Assembly (NCBI GenBank): GCA_963703315.1
Contig: OY969811.1
Span: 1,056,001-1,120,000 of the forward strand
Reading direction: 5' to 3'
Origin: an uncultured cyanobacterium
GTDB taxonomy: Bacteria; Cyanobacteriota; Cyanobacteriia; Pseudanabaenales; Pseudanabaenaceae
Length of the DNA: 64,000 nucleotides
Position numbers and translations under genes: made by a program. The notes under the pieces were generated by a model. The model ran no database searches. It was not told the origin of the DNA and saw only the letters and a list, made by a program, of their open reading frames with translations. Each line of letters starts with the position of its first letter. Positions within the stretch are counted from its first letter, which is position 1. This document shows, piece by piece, positions 18,146 to 27,400 of this stretch.

Positions 18146-21100
18146 ATGATCGTCAATAAGTTAGATTTGATTGATCTTTCCAAGATTCTTTCGCCAGAGC
18201 ATTTACTCAAGTTGCCTTTAGCGAATGATAGCAATAGTTTAAATAAGCCTTTTTATAATGAGTTGTTGTATATCATTGGGCTTGCGGAAACTAAGGAGGG
18301 TGGCAAGAAGCTAATTGGGAGGGTAAAAGAAGGCGATCGCCATGATGGTTCTTTGATTGAGAATGCGATCACTCGTTTAGATAGTTTGGATAAGATTTCG
18401 CAATTAAAGAAGCCTGAAGAGTTTGGGGATAGTTACGAGGAGCAGCTTTTCAATGTGGCGCTAAGGTTGTCGATTAATTGGATTAATCGCATCTTGTTTC
18501 TAAAGCTATTGGAGGCGCAGTTAATTAAGTATCATCAAGGCGATCGCGATTTTTCTTTTCTGAATTTAGGAAAAGTTCAAAATTATGATGATCTTGATAG
18601 TTTATTTTTTGATGTGTTGACAAGGGAGCAGGACAAGCGCAAGGCAAAGATTAAAGCCACTTTTGCGAATGTGCCTTATTTGAATAGTTCGCTATTTGAG
18701 CCAACGGAGACGGAGCAGGAGACGATTGTAATTAGTAATCTCAAGGATCGGAGTCTGCCAATTTTTTGGGCGACGGTGCTCAAAGATAGTAATGGCAAAA
18801 GGCGATCGGGTGAGTTGAATGCGTTGGCTTATTTGTTTGAGTTTTTGGAAGCCTATGATTTTAGTAGTGATGAGTTGGAGAGTGGGCAGGAAGATCGCGA
18901 GAAGTTAATTAATGCTTCGGTGTTGGGGTTGATCTTTGAGAAGATTAATGGCTATAAGGATGGGTCTTTTTATACGCCGAGTTTCATTACGATGTATATG
19001 TGTCGGGAGACGATACGGTGTGCAGTAGTGCAGAAGTTTAATGAGGAGAAGGGTTGGAGTTGTGAGAATATTCAGGATCTCTGTGAGGATTTGGGTCGTT
19101 ATATTAAGGAGTCAGATAGAGTAGTTCGCAGAAATGAGGCTAATGGAATTATGAATAGTCTCAAGATTTGCGATCCTGCGGTGGGTTCGGGGCATTTTTT
19201 GGTGTCGGCTTTGAATGAGATGATCGCGATTAAGCATTATCTGGGGATTTTGGGCGATCGGCATGGTGAGGTGTTGAGTCAGTATGAGATTGAGGTGGTG
19301 AATGATAAGTTGAAGGTGACTTTGGATGGTAAGTTGTTTGCCTATAATCCTAAAAACAAGGAAAGTCAAAGAGTTCAGGAAACGCTGTTTCATGAGAAGC
19401 AGTCGATTATTGAGGGTTGTTTGTTTGGGGTGGATATTAATCCCAATTCGGTGACGATTTGCCGTTTGCGGTTGTGGATTGAGCTTTTGAAGAATGCTTA
19501 TTATCGGGTTGATGGCAATCTCGAAACTTTGCCAAATATCGACATTAATATCAAGTGTGGGAATTCTTTGATTAGTCGGTTTGGGTTGGATGTGGATGTG
19601 AAGCAGGTTTTGCAGAAGCAGAAGTTTAGTATTGAGCAGTATCGGAATGCGGTGCAGTCTTATCGCAGTGCGGAGAGTAAGGCGCAAAAGCGCGAGATGG
19701 AGGGTTTGATTGCGAAGATTAAGGCTGGTTTTAGTTCGAGTTTGTTGGCTGGTGATCCTAAGAAGGTGAAGTTACGGCAGTTGCAGGCAGAGCTTTATGG
19801 TGTGGAAAATCAGATGTTGTTATTGGAGGAGACTAGGTTGGAGGTTAAGGCGAGGGAGAAGAGGGTTAATAAGTTAAATAATGAGATTGATAAGTTAAGT
19901 GCGGAGATTGAGGATATTGAAAGCGGTCGGCTATATGAGAATGCTCTGGAATGGCGGTTTGAGTTTCCTGAAGTTTTGAATGATGATGGTGATTTTGTTG
20001 GGTTTGATGTTGTGATTGGAAATCCGCCATATATTCGACAAGAAGAAATTAAGGAACAGAAACCACATTTACAGGCTAATTTTACAACTTATTCGGGAAC
20101 GGCTGATTTGTATGTATTTTTTGTTGAAAAAGGCTTTCAAGTCTTAAAGGATAAAGGTCAATTTTGCTACATCATGCCTAACAAGTGGATGCAAGCAGGT
20201 TATGGAAAAGCGTTAAGAAATTACTTCTTAGAAACTCAATTACAATCAATTATTGATTTTGGTGATTTGCAAGTATTTGAAGAAGCAACTACTTATCCTT
20301 GTATTATCAATGCTTCAAAACAAAAGAGCAGTAATAATTTTATTTCTGCTGTAGTGAAAACACTTAATTACAGTGATGGATTTGTAGAATATCTAGAAAG
20401 TATCTCTAATAAAATCACAGCCGAATCGTTAAGTGATGAAACTTGGATGATTTCTTCTAGTAACGATCAAGATTTACTTTCAAGAATAAAAAGCAAATTT
20501 TTTGCATTGACTGAATATATTGGTGGTGAAGCTCATTATGGAATAAAGACAGGGTTAACAGAAGCATTTGTAATTAGTGATGAAACTCAAAACGGACTAA
20601 TTAGTAGAGACAACAAAAGTTCAGAAATAATTCGTCCATTTGTTTTAGGGCGTAATATAAAACCTTATGCAATACCTGAAGCAGAAAAATATTTAATAAA
20701 ATTTGAGAAGGGATTTACTAATTCACACAGAAAAAATCAAGAGGCTTGGGCATGGTTATTTAGTGAATATCCAGTCATTTGTGATTATTTAATTCCATTC
20801 AAGGACAAAGCAGAAAAAAGAACAGATAAAGGTGATTATTGGTGGGAACTAAGAGCGTGTGATTATTATCAAGAATTTGAAAAACCTAAAATAATGTATC
20901 AAAAGTTTCAAGTAAAGCCATGTTTTATCTATGACGATCAAGGTCTTTACTGTAATGATTCTATGTGGATTATTTCAAAGGATGACAAAGTTCTTCTAGC
21001 TATTCTTAACTCAAATATGGGTTGGTGGCTAATTTCAAAATATTGCACCGCTATTCAAAACGGTTATCAATTAATCTGGAAATACTTTGGACAAATCCCC

Positions 21101-21283
21101 ATTCCAAAAGCAAATTCAAAACAAGCAAAACTAATCACCTCAATTGTTGATAAAATCCTCACTGCTAAAAAGGGCGATCGCCATGCTGATACGAGTAAAT
21201 TAGAAAAGGAGATCGATGCTTTAGTTTATCAACTTTATGAGTTGACAGAAGAAGAAATTAAAATAGTAGAAGGAGAGAGGTGA
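18146..21283 (+). CDS. Type IIG (Eco57I/TaqI-like) N6-adenine methyltransferase-specificity protein, apparently lacking the N-terminal nuclease
   Basis: Motif I ICDPAVGSGHFL, motif IV GNPPY, GSFYTP, TaqI_C-like WWELRACDYYQEFEKPKI, C-terminal EIDALVYQLYELTEEEI. Confidence 0.85.
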   Translation: MIVNKLDLIDLSKILSPEHLLKLPLANDSNSLNKPFYNELLYIIGLAETKEGGKKLIGRVKEGDRHDGSLIENAITRLDSLDKISQLKKPEEFGDSYEEQLFNVALRLSINWINRILFLKLLEAQLIKYHQGDRDFSFLNLGKVQNYDDLDSLFFDVLTREQDKRKAKIKATFANVPYLNSSLFEPTETEQETIVISNLKDRSLPIFWATVLKDSNGKRRSGELNALAYLFEFLEAYDFSSDELESGQEDREKLINASVLGLIFEKINGYKDGSFYTPSFITMYMCRETIRCAVVQKFNEEKGWSCENIQDLCEDLGRYIKESDRVVRRNEANGIMNSLKICDPAVGSGHFLVSALNEMIAIKHYLGILGDRHGEVLSQYEIEVVNDKLKVTLDGKLFAYNPKNKESQRVQETLFHEKQSIIEGCLFGVDINPNSVTICRLRLWIELLKNAYYRVDGNLETLPNIDINIKCGNSLISRFGLDVDVKQVLQKQKFSIEQYRNAVQSYRSAESKAQKREMEGLIAKIKAGFSSSLLAGDPKKVKLRQLQAELYGVENQMLLLEETRLEVKAREKRVNKLNNEIDKLSAEIEDIESGRLYENALEWRFEFPEVLNDDGDFVGFDVVIGNPPYIRQEEIKEQKPHLQANFTTYSGTADLYVFFVEKGFQVLKDKGQFCYIMPNKWMQAGYGKALRNYFLETQLQSIIDFGDLQVFEEATTYPCIINASKQKSSNNFISAVVKTLNYSDGFVEYLESISNKITAESLSDETWMISSSNDQDLLSRIKSKFFALTEYIGGEAHYGIKTGLTEAFVISDETQNGLISRDNKSSEIIRPFVLGRNIKPYAIPEAEKYLIKFEKGFTNSHRKNQEAWAWLFSEYPVICDYLIPFKDKAEKRTDKGDYWWELRACDYYQEFEKPKIMYQKFQVKPCFIYDDQGLYCNDSMWIISKDDKVLLAILNSNMGWWLISKYCTAIQNGYQLIWKYFGQIPIPKANSKQAKLITSIVDKILTAKKGDRHADTSKLEKEIDALVYQLYELTEEEIKIVEGER
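21174..21211 (+). repeat. 38-bp direct repeat, copy 1 (inside R-M gene 3' end)
   Basis: gcgatcgccatgctgatacgagtaaattagaaaaggag, identical to 21989-22026. Confidence 0.95.
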
Positions 21284-21373
21284 CAAGGGAAATATGTGAG
21301 TAATGTGAATTAGAACAAAATTATTGAGATTTGGCTATAATGCAAGACGATCAGACTTATTAGGAGATCTAAA

Positions 21374-21598
21374 ATGGTTACATTAGAAGAAGCAATTTCG
21401 ACAGTTAATCAACTTTCAATTGAACAAAGAGAAATGCTTTTAGAAATTGTTAAAAATCAAATGATCGAAGCCCGTCGCGAGGAAATCGCTCAAGATGCCA
21501 AAGAAGCGATCGCTGCCTTTCATCGTGGAGAGCTAAAACCTCAACCCATAGAGGAAATCATTTCTGAATTACAAGCAACTTTGGTAGAAGACTCATGA
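21374..21598 (+). CDS. Putative antitoxin
   Basis: TLEEAISTVNQLSIEQREML...RREEIAQDAKEAIAAF; ATGA overlap with the toxin at 21595. Confidence 0.75.
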   Translation: MVTLEEAISTVNQLSIEQREMLLEIVKNQMIEARREEIAQDAKEAIAAFHRGELKPQPIEEIISELQATLVEDS

Positions 21599-21989
21599 GA
21601 GAGCTAGTTTTAACGCCAAAATTCAAACGATCATTTCGGAAATTTATCAAACGCAATTCTCAGCTTGAACCAAAATTGATTCAAATATAGCGGTAGCCAG
21701 TTATGTTAGGACAAACCCAAAACCCAAAAGAGAGTTGCGGCGCTACGCGCCGCAACTCTCTTTTGGGTTTTATGTCTTAACTAAAATGGCTATAGCTATA
21801 TTACAATTGATGAAAGAAGACGTTTTTGCAACTCAGTTGAGTACTCATTCACTACAAGGAAAACTCTCAGGATTAAAAGCCTGTTCCTGTGGCTATGACT
21901 GTAGAATTCTATTTACAATAGAAATTTCTCAAGAGCAGACAGAAGTAATAGTTTTACTTGATATTGCTACTCACAATGAAGTCTACTAG
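21595..21989 (+). pseudogene. RelE/YafQ-type mRNA interferase toxin disrupted by a MITE
   Basis: Removing 21688-21800 restores a 93-aa frame: MRELVLTPKFKRSFRKFIKRNSQLEPKLIQI|LQLMKEDVF...THSLQGKLSG...CGYDCRILF...DIATHNEVY. Confidence 0.88.
21688..21798. mobile_element. 111-bp IS630-derived MITE (family A)
   Basis: Ends TAGCGGTAGCCAGTTATGTTAGGACA ... TGTCTTAACTAAAATGGCTATAGCTA resemble the IS630 IRs; TA duplication; central long hairpin. Confidence 0.9.
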
Positions 21990-22026
21990 CGATCGCCATG
22001 CTGATACGAGTAAATTAGAAAAGGAG
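21989..22026 (+). repeat. 38-bp direct repeat, copy 2
   Basis: Identical to 21174-21211; starts at HIP1 and overlaps the toxin stop codon. Confidence 0.95.
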
Positions 22027-22294
22027 TTGAGAAACAAACTTATATACCTCGCTTGCTTGAAAAGCACTATATACATTACTCACGAGCTTTTATGAGCTTT
22101 TTTATCTGGTTTCTGAATTTTATGGAGATTACTAATGTACTTAAGAAGGCATATAATCTTAAAATAGTTTGCTAGTTGTACCGAGCTAAACCAAAAGTAA
22201 ATAGTTAAGACTTATACTACTTAACTAACTAGCTTGAGCAACTATCTAGCTTTAGCAATAAATCCTCCGAAATTCTGAACTTTGACGAAGATTC

Positions 22295-22924
22295 ATGCCA
22301 TCTCCTACTTCTTCTCTCCGAAATACCTTTGCTAGAACTGAGATCCGCCGTCTGCAAGATCTACTGCCTCCAGAATTGCAAGCATGGGTCAAGGTTCTTA
22401 ATGCCGATGGTGTCCGTCCGCCACTGATCGCCTGTGAAGAGGCGGGTGGCGACGAGGTAGTGATTTTAGTCGATATGGTGCGCTGGGAAAGGCTTGCCGA
22501 AGATCAGCGCAATCTCCTCTATTGGCATGAGGTCGCCCGCATCCAAAACGATGCTGTCCCCAAGGATGGGTGGGAAGTCGCAGCTTTGGCGATCGGTCTT
22601 GGTGGTGCAGTTGGTGAACTGTGGGTACAAAATGGTTTGTTGTTTGTACTAGCGCTCGGTATTTGCGGTGTGGCTGGTTTTCAGCTATGGCGCAAAGGGA
22701 CTAGCAAAAAAGATATTCGTAACTTAATTGAGGCTGACCAAGGAGCGATTCGTTTGGCAGTGCGAAATGGTTATCCTTTGCCTGCGGCTTATAAAAGTTT
22801 GGGCAGTGCATTGAAAATTATGCTTAACGATGCATCAAAGGGGCGATCGCGGACATTAATCGAAAAGCGGCTTGATGCATTACGATCTGAGGCAAATAAA
22901 GCTAGACGGAATTACGAGAATTAA
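22295..22924 (+). CDS. DUF3318 family protein
   Basis: EIRRLQDLLPPELQ...DQRNLLYWHEVARIQ...GWEVAALAIGLGG. Confidence 0.8.
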   Translation: MPSPTSSLRNTFARTEIRRLQDLLPPELQAWVKVLNADGVRPPLIACEEAGGDEVVILVDMVRWERLAEDQRNLLYWHEVARIQNDAVPKDGWEVAALAIGLGGAVGELWVQNGLLFVLALGICGVAGFQLWRKGTSKKDIRNLIEADQGAIRLAVRNGYPLPAAYKSLGSALKIMLNDASKGRSRTLIEKRLDALRSEANKARRNYEN

Positions 22925-22956
22925 AACAAGAGAGGGCGCAAAGCGCCCTCTCTTGT

Positions 22957-24615
22957 TTATTTTAGAATTACTACCTCGCCCCGATCGCTTGCGGCTCTAA
23001 ATTCTTCGCCAAAATCACAATTAACTAGTTCACCAAGTTGGATATTACCCTCGAAGTTTGGTAATAAGGGATTAATTTCGAGCGATCGCAGACATAGTGA
23101 TAAGCGAGTTATTTCGACAGCTTCTTCAGTGACATCACAGCCAAAGAGGTTATGCTGCAAAATATGTGTAATTACTTCCGTTGGTGTTTGAGGGGCGATC
23201 GCTTCCGCACTGGGAGAAAACTTATTAAGTAAATGATGGATGCGTTCATGTTCAGAAATCAAAAACTCTAAAGCCGTTGCCAGAAATACCCCTGCACCAC
23301 ATTTAGAATGCACAATTTTAATTTTGAGTAATCGCTCTTGATAATTTTGGCAATAGGTCAAAGGATCTTGATTGCCTTGCTCATCATTATTTGTAAATGA
23401 TAAATGTTGTTGCAAAGTCCGAATTACTGACTCACTTTGTAAAATCGTCTTGCATGGTAACTTCGGAGTACGGCGCTTGCTGAGACTGGCGAGGTCTTTG
23501 CGATAGTGAGATAATTCTTTAATAGAGTCGTCAAACAAAGCCATGAGGATATGGCGCGTGACATCTTCATTAAAATCAAAACGCGCAATTTCTTTAATTT
23601 GACGGCACAACTCATCACCGACAAATAAGGCACTATCTAAGAGGCGATCGCTGGCAAATAAACTGCATGGATAGGCATTAATGGGACTGTGATAATTGGA
23701 ATTACCTTGTTGTACCCAACGAAATATGGCTTTGTAATTTTCCCAAATATGCTGCTCGATATAGGGATTTACAAATTCGTAGGCATCTTTGATTAAGTGT
23801 TCAGGAAGCAGATGCCGATCTTCGCAATAGGCAACAAACAAGATGCGGTTGAGCAGCTTTTGCGCTTGATAAATTGCTGTGGCGATCGCCTCTTCTAGTT
23901 TAATGTCGAGATGAGTTTGCTCCGCTTGAGTAGGATGTGCTAGCAGTTGGAGCCGATAGCGAAAATCCTTAATTAGCTGACTGCGAATTTTAGAATAGTG
24001 ACTATAGAAGTTTTTGAGAATCTCTGACTCTAGTTGATGGGACTCTTCTAATAACTGCGTGGTACGCGATCGCTCCTCACTATTAGCAATTCCCTGTAGA
24101 AGCGTTCGCCGTGACAATAGAAAATAAAAAGCTTTGAGTTGATCTAGATCTACCAACGATTCCCAAGCAAATCTTTGGCAAAATAAACTAGATACATTGC
24201 GATGATAAAGACAAATTTCGCGATAATCTAGCACGATGAGCCATTCAGTTGTCTCATGCTCTGCCTCTGGCTTAATGATCGCCCCTGCCTCGGCAGTATT
24301 TACCCTAATTTCGACAATTACATTAGTTGCAGTGTCCGTAAAAAAGCCAAGAGCGGGATGGGGATGTAGCTCTAGTTCCCATGCCCCACTATTGACCTCA
24401 AAGGGAGATTGATATCCCAAAATATCAACGAAAATATCATGCAAAAATTGCGCTTCGGCAATGGGATTTGATGGTTCCGCATCGTTAGCAAATCCTAGCC
24501 ACTTATGAATTACTTGAAAGCGATCGCCTAAGTCTCTAGGAAAGCCAAAGGAATTAACCCGCCTTGCGAGTGGTTTAGGATGAAATAGAGAATAGTAAGG
24601 CGATCGCTGATTCAT
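22957..24615 (-). CDS. Degenerate type IIG R-M-like protein (no intact catalytic motifs)
   Basis: FLHDIFVDILGY, AQKLLNRILFVAYCEDRHLLP, motif I decayed to IVHSKCGAGVFL, NLFGCDVTEEAVEITRLSL; ends before any NPPY. Confidence 0.7.
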   Translation of the reverse strand: MNQRSPYYSLFHPKPLARRVNSFGFPRDLGDRFQVIHKWLGFANDAEPSNPIAEAQFLHDIFVDILGYQSPFEVNSGAWELELHPHPALGFFTDTATNVIVEIRVNTAEAGAIIKPEAEHETTEWLIVLDYREICLYHRNVSSLFCQRFAWESLVDLDQLKAFYFLLSRRTLLQGIANSEERSRTTQLLEESHQLESEILKNFYSHYSKIRSQLIKDFRYRLQLLAHPTQAEQTHLDIKLEEAIATAIYQAQKLLNRILFVAYCEDRHLLPEHLIKDAYEFVNPYIEQHIWENYKAIFRWVQQGNSNYHSPINAYPCSLFASDRLLDSALFVGDELCRQIKEIARFDFNEDVTRHILMALFDDSIKELSHYRKDLASLSKRRTPKLPCKTILQSESVIRTLQQHLSFTNNDEQGNQDPLTYCQNYQERLLKIKIVHSKCGAGVFLATALEFLISEHERIHHLLNKFSPSAEAIAPQTPTEVITHILQHNLFGCDVTEEAVEITRLSLCLRSLEINPLLPNFEGNIQLGELVNCDFGEEFRAASDRGEVVILK

Positions 24616-24953
24616 TCATCTTTGACAGCATTTGTCGCAGTATTTTGAGCTAACTTCTTTTCCGCCTCTACTTCTGCAAGTAAACTTTCGCGCTCTTCAG
24701 GCGACATTTCTGCTAACTTTTTGGTCAGAACCGCTTTTTTATAATCATCTAGCTGCTGATTGTAGGTCATGGTTTGGGTAACGGCACGAAATAAATAGGT
24801 GGAAACCCAAGCCAGTAACACACCCACTAAAACCACTTGGCTCCAAACACCCGCATTAGTGGCATCGAGACCAGAGGTACGAAATAGCCAAAAGGCAACT
24901 CCACCAAATACAAAAAAAGCAAACACAATTGCTATGGCATCAATGCGGCGCAT
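24612..24953 (-). CDS. DUF3007 family protein
   Basis: MRRIDAI...AGVWSQ...WVSTYLFRAVTQTMTY; conserved neighbour of ndhL. Confidence 0.85.
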   Translation of the reverse strand: MRRIDAIAIVFAFFVFGGVAFWLFRTSGLDATNAGVWSQVVLVGVLLAWVSTYLFRAVTQTMTYNQQLDDYKKAVLTKKLAEMSPEERESLLAEVEAEKKLAQNTATNAVKDE

Positions 24954-24977
24954 AGTTTTGATCTCTAAATTTGATCT

Positions 24978-25208
24978 CTAAATTTGGCGGGCTTCAGGTC
25001 GAAAGTTAAAGAAAGGTGAGAGTAGCAATAGTCCGGGGAAGAAGAAAAAGGCTAGAAAGCAGAGAAACACTCTTTCCACCGAGCCTGTTTTGTACCAACG
25101 CGCCTTGAAATAAAACAACACGATCAAGGGGATCACCAGCAAGTATGTACCTGCGATCGCCGCATAAACAATAGCAGCAAGTATTGGACTAGAAAGGAGA
25201 AACGACAT
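24978..25208 (-). CDS. ndhL: NDH-1 subunit L
   Basis: YLLVIP...RWYKTGSVERVF...FFFFPGLLLLSPFFNFRP. Confidence 0.92.
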   Translation of the reverse strand: MSFLLSSPILAAIVYAAIAGTYLLVIPLIVLFYFKARWYKTGSVERVFLCFLAFFFFPGLLLLSPFFNFRPEARQI

Positions 25209-25324
25209 ATTTCTAGATTGTTGTAGATGTATCTATCTAGCAATTGTAACAGGATCGTAATCGCAGAACCGATTTTTTGTAGCACGGCTTTGCCACACTA
25301 CAAAAAATCGGTTTTTCATTTAAA

Positions 25325-25427
25325 TAAGTAGTTGGGCATAATTAAAAACGAGACCAAAGCCCTGTAGCGAACGCTGCACTTGCACTACAGGGCTTTGGTT
25401 TTATATTTAATTGCGCTCAGTCACCTA
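25325..25427. mobile_element. MITE-like palindromic element (family B, degenerate)
   Basis: TAAGTAGTTGGGCATAATTAA ... TTAATTGCGCTCAGTCACCTA with inner accaaagccctgtag/ctacagggctttggt stem. Confidence 0.6.
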
Positions 25428-25504
25428 AATTGTTTGATTAATGGTTATTAGGGTGCTAATATAAGAAACGCTGAAAATTTTACCCGAATAAATTCCTAAG
25501 AACT

Positions 25505-25819
25505 GTGGCACCTCAACAACAAAAGATTCGGATTCGTCTAAAAGCTTTCGATCATCGCCTGCTAGATTCATCTTGCGAAAAAATCGTCGAAACTGCTAAT
25601 CGTACAAACGCTGCGGCTGTTGGTCCTATTCCTCTGCCAACCCGTCGTCGTATCTATTGCGTTCTCAGATCGCCCCACGTAGATAAAGACTCTCGCGAAC
25701 ATTTTGAAACCCGCACTCATAGTCGCATCATCGACATCTATCAGCCATCAGCCAAAACTATCGATGCACTCATGAAGCTAGATCTAGCAGCAGGTGTGGA
25801 CATTGAGGTTAAGCTCTAA
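25505..25819 (+). CDS. rpsJ: 30S ribosomal protein S10
   Basis: [16 protein letters not shown]...GPIPLPT...[14 protein letters not shown]. Confidence 0.98.
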   Translation: MAPQQQKIRIRLKAFDHRLLDSSCEKIVETANRTNAAAVGPIPLPTRRRIYCVLRSPHVDKDSREHFETRTHSRIIDIYQPSAKTIDALMKLDLAAGVDIEVKL

Positions 25820-25986
25820 AGTTCAAGAAATTCAAGATTTTCCAAAAGCCCAGAATTATGAAAGTGGCTAAGTAATGACTCAAGTAATCCTTTCATAACT
25901 CTGGGCTTTTATCAGACAGTACCTAAGGTCTTGCTGCAATAAAATCACTGGGGATGCGAATAAATCGCGACATTAACAGCCGATCG

Positions 25987-27072
25987 CTATAGTTCAAAAT
26001 CTGAATCTAAATCCAGATCCAAATTTTGATGCTCACTGCGACGGGACTCACGGCGATAACGCTTTTTAAGTAATCTTGGCTCTTGTTGCTTGCCATCACT
26101 AGCATCTTTAATTTTGACTGAAACATCGGCGTTGGCTGTACTTTTAAGCTTTTGCTGATAGGCGATCGCTTCTTCAAGATAGGCAAGATAATGCTCGTAA
26201 CGTTCCCAATCGCCACGTACTAAGCAATTTGGCTCGTCACGACGATGTAAACAATTATGAAAATGACAAAGATCACCTGTGGTTAATCTTTGCCTAGCTT
26301 CAGGAAAATAATCGGCTAATTCCTGCGGCATGACGGTTAGGTTTGGCTGCATAAATCCGGGGGTATCCGCAAGATAGCCGCCCGCAGGTAAAGCAAATAG
26401 TTCCACATGACGGGTGGTGTGCTTACCATGTCCTAACCGTTGCGAGACTTCACCGACACGCACTTGTAAATTGGGAATTAAGAGATTAATCAGACTAGAT
26501 TTGCCCACTCCAGACTGACCAGCAACCACAGTTACGCCAGTTTGCAAATGTTGCGCTAATTCATCAATGCCTTCTTGGGTATAGGTACTAATCGCAATTG
26601 GTGGATATCCCCAAGACTTCAGGCGATCGCACCATGCCGTCCATATTTGATCACTAACTAAATCGCGCTTATTCAGACATAGCAAAACCTCAACTTGAGT
26701 GCTTTCTGCTTTAACTAAAAAGCGGCTCAGTTGATGCGGATCGAGGGTTGGCTCAGCTAGGGCAAAAACTAATAAAATACGATCGACATTGGCAACGGTC
26801 GGGCGATCCAGTAGATTATGACGCGGAGCTACTTCAGAAATCGCACCACGTTTGCCATGCCAATCTGGTTCTTCGATAGTGACGCGATCGCCTACACAAA
26901 TTTGTTGACCGATTTTTTTGAGTCTGGCGCGTCTGGTGCAGAGCAGTTCATCAATTACTTGGCTAGTATGCTGCCCCAACTCATCCAGCAATTCTAGACG
27001 AAAAGCCCGATCCAGCCTGACCCGATAAAAGTTGGCTTGTACAGCCAAAACTGTACCTGTTAAAGCCAACAT
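25987..27072 (-). CDS. rsgA: Ribosome small subunit-dependent GTPase
   Basis: NKRD, GQSGVGKSS, GKHTT, DTPG, Cys/His zinc finger. Confidence 0.95.
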   Translation of the reverse strand: MLALTGTVLAVQANFYRVRLDRAFRLELLDELGQHTSQVIDELLCTRRARLKKIGQQICVGDRVTIEEPDWHGKRGAISEVAPRHNLLDRPTVANVDRILLVFALAEPTLDPHQLSRFLVKAESTQVEVLLCLNKRDLVSDQIWTAWCDRLKSWGYPPIAISTYTQEGIDELAQHLQTGVTVVAGQSGVGKSSLINLLIPNLQVRVGEVSQRLGHGKHTTRHVELFALPAGGYLADTPGFMQPNLTVMPQELADYFPEARQRLTTGDLCHFHNCLHRRDEPNCLVRGDWERYEHYLAYLEEAIAYQQKLKSTANADVSVKIKDASDGKQQEPRLLKKRYRRESRRSEHQNLDLDLDSDFEL

Positions 27073-27085
27073 AGGACGATGTACA

Positions 27086-27319
27086 TCATGCTTTTTGGAC
27101 TGTCAGAGCAAAAAAGCGATCGCGTTGCTCAATCCCTTTCACCTTATGCCCATCAGAGGTAAGGCTATTGGGAACCTGCTCAATCGGTTCACCACCATCA
27201 AGTAAAACTTCTAGCAATTGACCAGTTTCTAACTTCTCTAAATGAAGTTTGGCACGTACAAAACTAAGTGGACAGGGAACACCGCGTAAATCGACTGATT
27301 GGATAGCTTGAATGCACAT
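27086..27319 (-). CDS. TusA/SirA family sulfur carrier
   Basis: VDLRGVPCPLSFVRAKL. Confidence 0.88.
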   Translation of the reverse strand: MCIQAIQSVDLRGVPCPLSFVRAKLHLEKLETGQLLEVLLDGGEPIEQVPNSLTSDGHKVKGIEQRDRFFALTVQKA

Positions 27320-27400
27320 ATATCTTGGTAGTATTTTCAGAAAAGAATATTATAAATTTTAAAAAGCCTTGCTTTGCAAGGCTTTTTAAATGATTAAGGC

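Noticed and set aside
21735..21989. 84-aa ORF as an independent gene
   Set aside because: It starts inside the MITE; only its 3' part is real (toxin C-terminus).
18146..24615. Nuclease-less IIG gene and dead IIG-like gene as two halves of one split enzyme
   Set aside because: They are convergent, separated by other genes and overlap in domain content, and the second gene's nuclease motif also looks degenerate.
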